Assembly: GCA_965603825.1 (NCBI GenBank)
Contig: CBFDEM010000013.1
Coordinates: 310,001-374,000, forward strand
DNA: 64,000 bases
Source of the DNA: Blepharisma stoltei ATCC 30299
Taxonomy: Eukaryota > Protista > Ciliophora
Direction: 5' to 3'
Below the pieces are notes generated by a model. The model did no database searches. It was given only the letters and a program-made list of their open reading frames with translations, and was not told where the DNA came from. A program made the position numbers and the translations under genes. Every line of letters starts with the position of its first letter. Position 1 is the first letter of the stretch. Shown piece after piece: positions 45,859-56,919 of the stretch.

Positions 45859-47721
45859 ATGGGAAACAGAGCCATCTGTGCAGAATCTTGGTGCTTCCAA
45901 AGAGGAACAATGCAATGCACATGCAACAATCAAATCTACTGCTCAGAGTGTCTTGCCAAACATATGATGAGCTTGCCAGACGTTTCACACAATGCGACAT
46001 CATTATCTTTGAATTCTTCTAGGAGCTTATACTCAGATCCAAAATCCAAAATTGTGCTGAAGAGGCTGCGATACCGAACTCCGGAAGGAAACACAGAAGT
46101 CTATGACGGATACATTAACCAGCAGCTTTATGCTGTTAAAATTCAGTACTGCCGAACATTTGAAGATTTAAATAAAAAGCAGGAAGAAGCTGCCTTACAA
46201 AGAAGCTTGAAGCATAAAAATATTTGCAAATGCGTAAGATCTTATTTGGATGAGTCATACACACTTGGATACAAATTTGTGATTGTAATGGAATATGGGA
46301 TCAAAGATCTAGACAATGAAATTTTTACAAGGATCAGTGAAAAAAACCCATGATCTGAGGAGGAACTGATGAGGCATATGAATGAATTAATTGATTCTCT
46401 TGCATTTATGCAAGAAAACAATCTTGCACATAGAGATATAAAACCTGCAAATATTTTGCTATTTCCAAATAATATATTGAAGTTAGCGGATTTTGGGTTA
46501 AGTATACAAGGTGAGGATATTTTAAACACTCAAGATTATAAAATAGTAGGCACAGTCGCTTATCTTAGCCCTGCTCTTAAGCAAGGATTCATGGATATTT
46601 GGGAAGGCAAAAACAGCACAGGTGTAGTCCGGCACAATCCGTATAAATCTGATGTATTTTCACTAGGGCTAAGTTTTTTGCATATGGCATCTTTGATGCC
46701 ACCTATAAGCTTGAATACCTGCCACGATGGGATTTTTGAGCTGCAGCAGAAAATAAGAAAAGCCATAAAATGCTTAAAATACTCCAAAGAAGTCAAAATA
46801 ATTTTAGAAGCAATGCTTGAAGTGGAAGAAGAAAGAAGAATGGATTTTCTGAGCCTAAGGGAATGAATAAATTCTCTTGAGCCAATTGAGGAAGAAGACA
46901 CACTTGTAGACTCTCCAAAATTCCAGTTTATTCCTCAGAGTGAATCTAAAACATTTGAGGATCCCAGAGAAGAATTGAATGACTATATTGATACCTATAC
47001 AATGCCTTCTGAAATAAAGTCACTATTTCAAGAAGTTCTTTCAGGGACTCTTCCCGAGAAGGTGACTATTGAGATGACTCTAACTCCAATTAATACAGAA
47101 AATATGTGCAAAGTTCTTCAATACATACCAAAGTTAAAAATTCTTGAATTAAATAACTGCTTGCTTGGAGAGCAGGGAATTCGGCATTTAGCGCATAGAC
47201 TATCAGAACTCACTTTTTTAGAAGTACTTTCGCTTGGAAATAACAATATTCAATCAGAGGGCACAAGGCTGCTATGTGATAGCCTTATTCAATTGAAAGC
47301 TTTAAAAATTTTAAGGTTGTGGAATAATGACCTTAAATGTATAGGAGCAATGCATTTATCTCTTGGGTTAACCTATTTAGTTCAATTGGAAGAGCTTTAT
47401 CTAGCAGAAAATGAAATTAAAGTTGAAGGAGCTCGATATTTATCGAAAAATCTACCGAAATCTTTGAAGATTTTAAGCATGCCAGATAACATGATTGAAG
47501 ATGTTGGCGCAAGATTTCTAAGTGGTGCTATAAAGCATATGGCTAACCTTAAGCAGCTATATTTAGACAACAACAGAATTGGAAGTATGGGGGCTAAATA
47601 TTTAGCCACAAATATTCCAAGCTCTTTAATTTGCTTAAGACTTAGCCGTAATTTCATATCTGCAGAAATTATGCCGATATTCAAAGAGCTGACCCCAAAG
47701 TTGAAAGTTCAATTTTGATAA
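45859..47721 (+). CDS. Ser/Thr kinase with N-terminal B-box-like Cys/His cluster and C-terminal RNI-type LRRs (~620 aa)
   Basis: YAVK, HRDIKPAN, DFG and KSDVFSLG; repeated LxLxxNxIxxxGA; joined through TGA 46351 and 46864; ends TGA TAA. Confidence 0.87.
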
Positions 47722-47774
47722 ATAATGTACCATTTTTGTGATTATTGTATTATTTATTACCGATTTTAAATGGC

Positions 47775-48791
47775 TTAGATGTTTTTGATATTGTTTATGA
47801 GCGAATCTTCATCCACAATCTCTGAGTCCATCAAGTTCTCGTCTTCTATTGTTAACTCGATATTTTCAGTGTCTTCTGACTGCTCTTTTTTGAGTGCTCC
47901 ACTTGGCTTAGGCGGCGGCACCACATCTTTATTCATCTTAAAATTTTGTAAATATTCCATTCTGTAGTAAGTATGCAAAATTCCTCCCAAAGTAACTAGA
48001 GAAGTCGATACAGTAAGGCTGCATAAAGTTTTGAAGTCATAATGAACCCCACCACTTACTACAAGTACACCTAATGGAAGGGCATAGCATATAAGCCAAA
48101 GATAGTATCCACCTAATACTACAACTAAATCATATTGTTTTGAGTAATACCATAGAAAAATACTGACTGAAGAAAGGGATATAGTAATCACAAAAACGCT
48201 AAATATAAATAGGTAGATAGAAAATTCGTATCCGGAAATATACATTTCTATGCTATACATGCAGATTTTTAATCCTCCATATCCAAAAGCTGCAATTTGT
48301 GCGGGGATTGAAGTTTCAAGAAGAACTTTGCCTTGGTAAAATCCAAGTCTTCTCATTGTCAAGTTAAGAGTTAAGCTTCCACACATTCATAGAAAATAGC
48401 TCCCGTTGATGATATTATTGAATTCATCTATGTCAACAATTTCTTCTTGGCGTGCACCAAACATATACTCCACAATCAGCCCTAAAGTCATAAGAGCGGT
48501 TCCAGTGTATTCAGCAGAGCTGTGATTTCTATTTTCATCACTGATAAGATTTAACTTAAAGCAAATGAGATGGGCACAGCCAAACAAAATATATGTTGAT
48601 AAGGGAATCAAAGCTAATGATGTAATCTCCAATGAAAGTCCTATAGTGAATATCAAAAGTAATGTTGCCCTACTTGTTGAGCAGTCCCGGGTTGAAGAAA
48701 GCGAAATCACGCTTTTCCTAAAATAGGCAAACTCTTGAAAGAAACTCCCAGCAATAAGAAGAACGATTCCTATTAGATATTCAGAAATCAT
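47775..48791 (-). CDS. Multi-pass membrane protein, NIPA/DMT-like transporter (~338 aa)
   Basis: About 9 hydrophobic helices with NIPA-like spacing; TGA 48387-48389 joins two abutting ORFs. Confidence 0.6.
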
Positions 48792-49063
48792 TGCTTGAGA
48801 ATTAATATTTTCTTACCATACTTAAAGCCATAGCTAAAAACAGTAACTTTGTATCTACTAATAGATTAAAAACCAGAAAACAAGAGTTGGGGTCTTATAC
48901 ATGCAGTGGTGTTAGGTTCATGTTTAGACAAGTTGTGGATTTTGTGCGAATTTAGGCTGTGTAGATGACAGTGAGATAGTCACTATATGATTGAGAATCT
49001 GAGACGAGCAAATTAATTAGAATCTGCCAATACCAAGAAAAAATAAACTTGCTTAATTAATCA

Positions 49064-50464
49064 TTAAGAGTGGAGTTCATTTTCTAAATTGGCATACTCG
49101 AATTCGAAGTCAGCCTTCTTCTTCTGAGACCAGCTGTTTTCGAAATCGAAGTAGGTATACGTCCCTTTCTCTCGGTCATCCGAAACTTGCTTGGGCTCTC
49201 CACACCTCTGGAACCAAGTCTGGAATCGCTTATGGTAAATCCACTCTTTCCCTTTCAGTTCTTTTGACGCCAAAAACTGCTGGTAAGTCCCAGGCTGATG
49301 ATAAAAAATGAAGAAAAGCGTGTCCACTTCTAGCTTTTTATACTGTGCAGGATTTGTGAAAAACGGCCTTTTAGGGTAACTGGGATGGCCTTGGTATGAT
49401 GATTTTACAATTTCAAGCTTCGATCGCACTCGGTCCTCTGGCCTTATTTGGAAATTAAACGCTCGCTCTATTGCTTTTTTGGCGCTTTCAGTATCTTTGT
49501 AATCCCAGGTTTCCTAATTTTGAAATACTGTTTCGATTACTTCTTCAGGCTCTTCTTCTTTGGATTCTTGGAGTTTGTCGATTTGGTCGCCAGCGATCTT
49601 TTGCAAGGCGTCTTTGGAATTTCACACTGATATTTTGGGGGTTTCTTGTGTTTTGGAGTCTTGCTTTACAAGTGGCGGCATGACTTTGGGCTCAACTTTT
49701 TTTTGTGGGAGCTTCTTCTGGGCATCGTGAGGCTCTTCTTCAGCAATTACAGGAGCTGGGGAGACAGGAGTTTCTGCTATCTCGAGCTCTGCGTAAATTT
49801 GTTCCAGCTCACTGTCATAGTAAGACTTATCATTAATATTCTCAATAAAAACCTCAAAAATGTCCTTTAAGTCTCATAATTTTTGCATAGGTAGCTGATC
49901 ATTTTCAAGCGCCCTTAAAATAAACTCCAGCTTGCCATAATGAAACCTGTGGGTCTGCAGCTGGTTTGCGAGCTCTTCGAGCCTGCTTGCATCAGGCCTT
50001 CTTCCTTTCGCGGCTTTAAACGAATCTAATTCAATTTCTAGTGAGGTGGCGCCTTCTTGCAGTTGTTGAAGTGCTGATCTTATTCATTCCCTCGCAGCTT
50101 CTCGCTCTTCTTCTTTAGGATCAACTTTTGGAGCTGCTGATAAGCCTGTTTTGGAAAATGCTTTAGTTTTGTTTTCGCGTTCGCAATTTTTGAAGGTTGC
50201 CATTAGGTCTTCTATAGTTTTTCTAGCTTCTGTTATCGGATTCTTGTCTCTAATTTCAGGATTTGTCTGATATGCTCGCAGACTTTCTCGGACCCTTTGA
50301 AGCTTTTTGATTTCTTTTTTCAGTTCTGATTCATATCGTTCTTTTTGAGTTTGGTTAACTGCAGATTGGATTTTCTTGAGTGTTGAGTTAAAGATTTCGA
50401 CTCCTTCTTCTACGCTTTTTAATTTTTTATCAATTTCTTGCTGTAAGTGCCTAGCTTTTGCCAT
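49064..50464 (-). CDS. CNOT3: CCR4-NOT subunit Not3/Not5 (~461 aa)
   Basis: LQQEIDK.LK.VEEG, LKKEIKKLQR.RE, KTKAFSK.GL and NOT-box DTLFFIFY...WFQR; TGA at 50084, 49874 and 49622; intron 49514-49528. Confidence 0.93.
49514..49528 (-). other. 15-nt intron GTATTTCAAAATTAG
   Basis: Phase 0; in-frame TAG inside CNOT3; A at position 10. Confidence 0.9.
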
Positions 50465-50776
50465 TTATAATCTAGCTTTACGTTTTCAAGATTCTTATCT
50501 TTCTAAGCAATCATCTAGTCCTTATTGATTTATTTGAAATAATGGCTGAATTTTCCAGCATCTTGTTTCACAAGTATAATATTTAGGGAAATGACAAATA
50601 GATCATTGTGAAGGTTTCTTATATGGAATAGCTGTAGAAATAATGCCTTACAAAATTTCTTTATTTTTTAAACTACTATACATGGTTGCTTGCTGTCCAA
50701 GATAAATTGAAATGGTGACTATAATAAAGGTGAGCTCATTAAAAGTAGAAGTTAGTTTATCGTTATGTAAAATTAA

Positions 50777-52546
50777 ATGGACGAATCTCTAATAGAAATT
50801 GAAACACAAATAAAATTAGGGAATCTGTCATATGGAATAGATCTGCTCCAACTACTAGTCAATAAGTGCAAGCGAAGTCCAGAAGAGTTAAGCCATGTTG
50901 CTGAAAACATTTACAGAATCGGTCAAGAATTACTTAGAAAGCAAGATTTTAAGAATATTATTGGTCTCTGGAAATATTTAGCTCTAATATTCTCAGCTTG
51001 CAGACAATATGATCGGGTCTGTGACGTTAAAAATTCTATATCATACTGTTTGAGAATGTGTAGAAGAATCCCTGAATCAATAAAAGAATTGCAATCGGCA
51101 ATAGAGACAGCAACATCAATGGAGTCAGCAAAGCATAAGCTACCAGGACTCCATTTAAATGCGTGTGCTATTTTTAGAGAAAATCTGAAAGATTTAAAAT
51201 CAGCCTTAGTCCATGCAGAGCTAGCTTTTTTTCATGCAAAGCAAGCTTTGGAGCTGAGTAATATAGATATTAGTTCAATTAAGCATACTCTGGGTGTTTC
51301 ATATTACAACATTGGCCTTATAAAAGAAGATATGGACGATTTATCAAGCTCTTTACTATGATTAAAAGAAGGGCTTAAATTCTGTGAAGAAAATGTGAAT
51401 GATCTGTTTTTAGAGCAAACTTTTAGAGAAAAAATACTTTGTATTGAATCAAGACCTCATTTCTTGCCATTGCAAATTAGGAGCCGAAGCAATACTCCTG
51501 CATTACCAGTAAGGCCAGCAACTAAAAAGAATTTGAGAAAGTATAGTTTTTTGAAGATGATTGATAGGTCTTCAACAAAAAGAGGGATCAAGTCTAGAAG
51601 ATCTAATAGAGGAAAGTCTGTCAGTTATGCAAATATGTCTTTAGATCATAGAATGTCAAAATATTACGTTCCTTCATTTTCTCCTGAAGTTAAGAACACT
51701 CAAAAAGACAATTTGTCTAATTTTTCTCCTAATCCAGATTCGTATTCATCATTTGATAAGTCAACAGAAGTATCCGTAAAATCAAGCAAAATAAATTACT
51801 TTAGCGTCAAAAACGACAAAGTCATAAAATTGAAGAGTGCGAGAAGACACTTAAGCCATCCAACAGCAGGACCATTTATTCCAAGTGACTTTGGAAAACA
51901 ATACAAAGCAGCAATTAAGATACAATGTTGGTATAGAGCGCAAAGATGTAGAAAGAAATATTTGATAGAAAGAAGACACTATGATTATATTGGTTTTTGC
52001 AAAATTACATCCCAGGGAGGATTTTTTTTTTGCAGTGTATATAGAAATATTAAGCAAGCACAGCTCAAGCATAGATTTATGAGAAAGAAAATTGAAGTAA
52101 ATATAGTAGTTGATGCATATCCACTAACCAAAGGACTTAAAAAGCCAAAAAATTTCAGTGAAAGTTTATCATCACTATGTAAAAGAATTGACATTCCCAG
52201 CGACGAAGCCGAGTTAAGAAAAAAAGAAAATGCACTATTTGAGATAATAAGCATTGTAGACAGTAAAATAGAACTATGTAGCAATATGAGCAATAGAGAT
52301 TGCACCACAATAAGAATAATTTATGAAGGAAAAATTGAACTTAATGAAGTTGAATATTTTATAGAAATTTTTTATGTTCCAGGAGATGATAAATTTTTGG
52401 ATATTAAAGTCATGAAGGGCGAATCTACCTATACCTGCAGATTTCAGCTTGATGTGCTCCAAGATTTTGATACGGTTCGAACTAAGATCCCCTATCTAAT
52501 TAGCAAGCTTAAGCTAGAAAACGAAATTTTGGAATTAAAAATGTAA
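50777..52546 (+). CDS. TPR-like + IQ-motif protein (~589 aa)
   Basis: HLNACAI and VSYYNIG TPR-like helices; AAIKIQCWYRAQRCRKKY IQ motif; TGA 51359-51361. Confidence 0.75.
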
Positions 52547-52599
52547 TTGTAATGAAATTTACTTTGTAAATTACTTTAATTATAATATGATATTTCATA

Positions 52600-53601
52600 T
52601 TATTTTTGAAAAAAATCGCATAAAGATCGATATGCTGAAGATACTGGCTTTGACTTTGATTTTCTTGCTATTGAATGCTTCAGATCTTTCAATATTTCAG
52701 GCTTGCTATAGACAAAGTCAGCAATATTTTTAACTGGTATTTTTCTGAAATCATTCCACTCATAAGATTTAGTAACACTTCTTACGGTTGAGGGTGCAGT
52801 TGTAAGCCTAGATGTTCGAGATTCGCGAGATGGCAAGCTTGTAGAGGTATGACTTCTGTATTTTAGCTTTGAATCTTGAGTGATTAGCAACTGACTAATA
52901 GAAGGAATAGTTTTCCTATGCTTTGCATTTTTCATGAAGTATGAACTAACGCACTGCTCATAAAATTCAACTATTTCAAAATAAGAATTTATTGATAAGT
53001 TTTTTCGGATCTTCTCCACTTCTGTCTGTGTTTCAATGATTTCTGTTTTTATCCTGTTTATTATGCTTTCATATTTATTGATTTCAATTTTTTCTTTTGT
53101 CTTTAGGTTATCAGAAAAATGAAATCCATCAATTATTTTTATTGGCTGTTCATTTGATATTTTATGTTTTATTTGATTCGACCTATCATAAAGTTCTTGC
53201 TTTTGGTCTTTTAGTACTTTTAATGCTACTAGAAGCTCATTTTTAGAGTCTTTTGATGCCTCAAACCGTTTTGATAGCTCAACCAGTTGCTGATTATATT
53301 TATTGGATTTTCTCTCAAGCTTGCCTACCCTTGCTTTTAAAGAAGAACAGACATGAGAAAGATCCACTACTTTTGGGTCTGTGTCAATATTATGATCTGC
53401 GATTTTTATTCTTTCTTTAAGCATTATATTTGCTTGGCCTGCGTCACGAATATGTTTTTCGCAGTAATGCTTTCAAACATCTTTATTTATTTGCAGTTCT
53501 TGGTTGATTAATTTAGGAAGATTTTCAATTTCATTGTGGAGCTCTTCATGGGAAGTAATTACATTCGATTCTGGATCGATTGATTCTGAAGAGCTGTCCA
53601 T
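52600..53601 (-). CDS. Coiled-coil hypothetical protein (~333 aa)
   Basis: Extends to ATG 53601 through TGA 53473-53475. Confidence 0.7.
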
Positions 53602-53724
53602 TTAAATTTATTATATAAATTGACATTTTGAGCGTGCTAAATATGTCGAAAATGAAATCATAATCGATTTGCTATTTTATGAAGTCAATGCTTAAATTTA
53701 TAGCTTTATTACCAACACCTGCAC

Positions 53725-55023
53725 TTAAAACTTGCTTCGCTTGGTCTTCCATTGTATAAGTCCAGACAAATTCCCTCCAATTACATCAATAAAATTGTCA
53801 ATTGTGCAATTTGCCTGAGCTATTCCAAGGTTTACTCTTGCTGTATCAATTAGGGTACGATCTTGTAACTTCCTAGCTAAGCTGAAATGCTTGTCTAGAA
53901 ACTCCACAGCTTTCTTATGCTGGCCTTGCTTTTGATACAATAGGCCTAAATGTAATGATGCCTCAGCCTCTGCCGAATGCTTATTATTTTCAGAGGCTTC
54001 TTGATTCAGCTGCTCTAGGTGTTTAATAGCTTGAGAAATATTGGACATTTCTTGATAAGCTGCAGCAATTTTGGCTAAAGCATTGGTTACTCCTTCAAGA
54101 TAGTCAGCATTTCGGCTTAATTCAAGATATCTTTGAAAATACTCCAAAGCAGTCTGGTATTCTGTATTTTGAAAATAAATCAGCCCCATTCTATAGCATG
54201 CATTTCCTTGAGCTACAAGATCATCCGCATTTTTAGCACTTTCTAGGCACTTTGAGTGGTATCCTAAAGCAAGGTCAGTTTTTCCTTCTTCCTCAAGTTT
54301 GTCGGCTTCCAGCCTATAGACTTCTATAAGGCATCTGCTTAATGTTATTACTGAGTGCTTCAAATCATGTGTTTCACTAATCTTGACTCCTCTTTCAAAC
54401 ATGGAAATCGCCAATTCAATCTGCTTAGTCTTATAAGCACAGTTTCCCAACCCTTGATAAGCAGTTGCAGCTTCATAAAAAAGCTCTCTTTTATTAGCAA
54501 TTTCTACGCATCTATCATAAAAATAAGTAGCTGCATCATAAATTTCCATCCTTTCAAAATAACTCCCTAGCTCATGGTACCCTTGAAAAGCTCCTGGGTA
54601 GTCTCCTTCTCTATTTAATTGTTCTGCAGGGATAAGCCTTTCTCTTAAATCTTTGATCACTTGCTCCTTTATTTCTAAATCTTGAAATTTTCCATGAGTT
54701 AAATAGAATAAGTCAATATATGATTGTGGGTAGCCAATTTGTAGGGTTTTAATACAGGCAGTTTCTCGGTTTTCTTTGCCAATGATTTGGGTATGCCCAT
54801 CCTGGACACTTCCTGTGAGATTTCTTCGAGAGGTTGTGCCTGATCTAGAAGACTGCTGAGGTCGAATTGATTTGCCAGTTGCAGGAATTTCAGACACTTC
54901 AAAGTCTTGGAATTGGGTTTTTCCTGCAGTTGTACGCTTCTCAACAGCACCTGAAATTGGGGCAAATTTTCTGCCTAATAAAGGCTTTGGATATATGGGA
55001 GCATCAGGCTGAGTCCTCAACAT
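53725..55023 (-). CDS. TTC29: Tetratricopeptide repeat protein 29-like (ciliary)
   Basis: GYPQSYIDLFYLTH, tandem TPRs, ARVNLGIA..N...LIQWK. Confidence 0.82.
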   Translation of the reverse strand: MLRTQPDAPIYPKPLLGRKFAPISGAVEKRTTAGKTQFQDFEVSEIPATGKSIRPQQSSRSGTTSRRNLTGSVQDGHTQIIGKENRETACIKTLQIGYPQSYIDLFYLTHGKFQDLEIKEQVIKDLRERLIPAEQLNREGDYPGAFQGYHELGSYFERMEIYDAATYFYDRCVEIANKRELFYEAATAYQGLGNCAYKTKQIELAISMFERGVKISETHDLKHSVITLSRCLIEVYRLEADKLEEEGKTDLALGYHSKCLESAKNADDLVAQGNACYRMGLIYFQNTEYQTALEYFQRYLELSRNADYLEGVTNALAKIAAAYQEMSNISQAIKHLEQLNQEASENNKHSAEAEASLHLGLLYQKQGQHKKAVEFLDKHFSLARKLQDRTLIDTARVNLGIAQANCTIDNFIDVIGGNLSGLIQWKTKRSKF

Positions 55024-55159
55024 ATTTTCTAAATAACTAGATTTATAACTGTTTAGGAATATATATGCCCTTTCAAATACTAATGAAAAAAATTACAGTA
55101 AAACATATATATTTATTTTATTGTCAATGCACAACTTCAGAGTTTCTGATATTTTTGGT

Positions 55160-55603
55160 TTAGTTCATTAAATTCAGAACTCTTAAAGTAATTTCTTCTC
55201 CTTTCAGTGCATTTAAATGGTCATCGGCTTCATTTTCTCAAATCAAACATGTTTTCTTCAAATACTTTTTATTTTTGTCACTAAGAAATGATTTTTTATA
55301 GTTTCCCTCTTGTGTATCAGATAATTCACATGATCCTTTCAATTTCTGTCCCTCAGGTACACTCTCTATAAAATCATTGATAAGAGATTCATTGCTGATA
55401 TTTATAGTTGAATCCAAACATTTTTCTCCATGAGCAGCATTTAGCTGACGATCTTGAATGGTATGAAGATTATTGGTGCAAGCCTTTAAGTCTCCTTGCT
55501 TTTTATATCCAGAATATGTTTCATAAGTTATTTCATGTGATAATGTGCTTTCTGATATTATAGAGAGTATCAGAATCATAACGTTTAATATCGTTTTAGC
55601 CAT
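55160..55603 (-). CDS. Putative secreted protein (~147 aa)
   Basis: N-terminal signal-like helix; extends through TGA 55238 to TAA 55160-55162. Confidence 0.55.
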
Positions 55604-55848
55604 TTATACCATCACTGCTTCATTTTCTGACAATATGTAGGAAAATTTTGATTTTTTAAAAAAATATGTTTAAGTTTTATTCCGAATGGCTAGAAAACTA
55701 TCATTGTGGGATTTTTAAGTATCTAAAGAAATAATATGAATTTTAAAAGCATTAAAAAATATTTTAACGAAATTAAAATTTTTATTAAATTAGTTAATTC
55801 CATTACTTATCTTAGCATAGAGGATTTATTAAATCTAATAAATAAAAA

Positions 55849-56811
55849 TTATAATAGAAAAGAATTTTGACCTTTTAAGAGACTAAAACCGCTCGACCTT
55901 GCTAAAGTGTCATCTACGGTCATGTTCAGCTTGCTTTGTATAAGTGATTGTCTTCTTTCTTGCACAACTGGCTTAGGTTTAAATGATTTTTTAAAGCATA
56001 TTTCACTTCGAAGTGGCTTAGGGTCATTATAATCTGAAAAAAATCCTTTTCTTGAGTTAATTTTGCTCATATTTTTTATCTCTACTATATCCATCATCAT
56101 GTCAGGGTTAAAATTTGGAAAAGCGCAAGTTTTATTTGGCTTTTCTGCAAAATGGTTCGTCTTTTGTAAAGAAGTCTTGTTTCTCTCCTTTTTATTTCCA
56201 TTAAGTTCAATTTCCATTGTTTTAGTACTCAAAACACTTATTGAAGAAGCTGTTGAGCTTAATTTTGATGCATTCGACAGAGGTTTACTGTCATAAACAA
56301 TTTTCTTTTGTGGGAGCCGATGCATGGAAAGCGCATCACTTATTGAAAGTATAGAAGGATTTATTATATGTGATGAAAACTTTGGTAGGTCATAACTATA
56401 AATACCTTTGGATTTGGTAGAAAATACTTTTTCCAAATATTGTCTATCTTTTTGCTTCTTTTCTTCCTTTTTTTCTGCATAACTTTGCTGAAATGGTGTA
56501 TCAAATACTGAGTTTAATTGCTCCTCAACCTTATTGAAAAAAGTTTTATAATTATCTTTATGCTGATTCTTTAAATCATTTTTTAGATCAGCTTTCCTTT
56601 TTTCTATTAATTCAGATTTACTTCTTATTTTTGGAATTTTTACATAAGAAGCGTCAGTTTTTGTGTCAGTTTTAGATAAAGGCAAAACAACTTTAGTTAA
56701 TGGACTCCATCCAGAAAGCCATTTATCTATGCAATTAGTTGCGCTATTTTTCAGTTCTGCTTTTCTTCTCTCTCTTAATTCTGAATACGATCTTGCCCTT
56801 TCCTCACCCAT
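55849..56811 (-). CDS. Hypothetical Lys/Ser-rich protein (320 aa)
   Basis: ATG..TAA ORF; no domain recognised. Confidence 0.72.
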   Translation of the reverse strand: MGEERARSYSELRERRKAELKNSATNCIDKWLSGWSPLTKVVLPLSKTDTKTDASYVKIPKIRSKSELIEKRKADLKNDLKNQHKDNYKTFFNKVEEQLNSVFDTPFQQSYAEKKEEKKQKDRQYLEKVFSTKSKGIYSYDLPKFSSHIINPSILSISDALSMHRLPQKKIVYDSKPLSNASKLSSTASSISVLSTKTMEIELNGNKKERNKTSLQKTNHFAEKPNKTCAFPNFNPDMMMDIVEIKNMSKINSRKGFFSDYNDPKPLRSEICFKKSFKPKPVVQERRQSLIQSKLNMTVDDTLARSSGFSLLKGQNSFLL

Positions 56812-56919
56812 CTGCTTTTATTTAATTTTTTTACTTTAACTTATTGCTTGAAATTCATTATTTATAGGTCAAAACGTTAATTAATTTTTTTTGAAAAGAT
56901 AAAATTTTTATTAAAATAT

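Noticed and set aside
48908-48916. Telomerase RNA template (CCTAACACC on the minus strand)
   Set aside because: Only 9 nt (one repeat plus one base); it lies near the putative 3' end inside a hairpin loop, and the G-U pairing favours the opposite strand.
31776-50464. Functional clustering of CNOT11 with CNOT3, or of the ciliary genes
   Set aside because: The two CNOT genes are about 16 kb apart with unrelated genes between, and ciliary genes are abundant in ciliates, so chance is sufficient.
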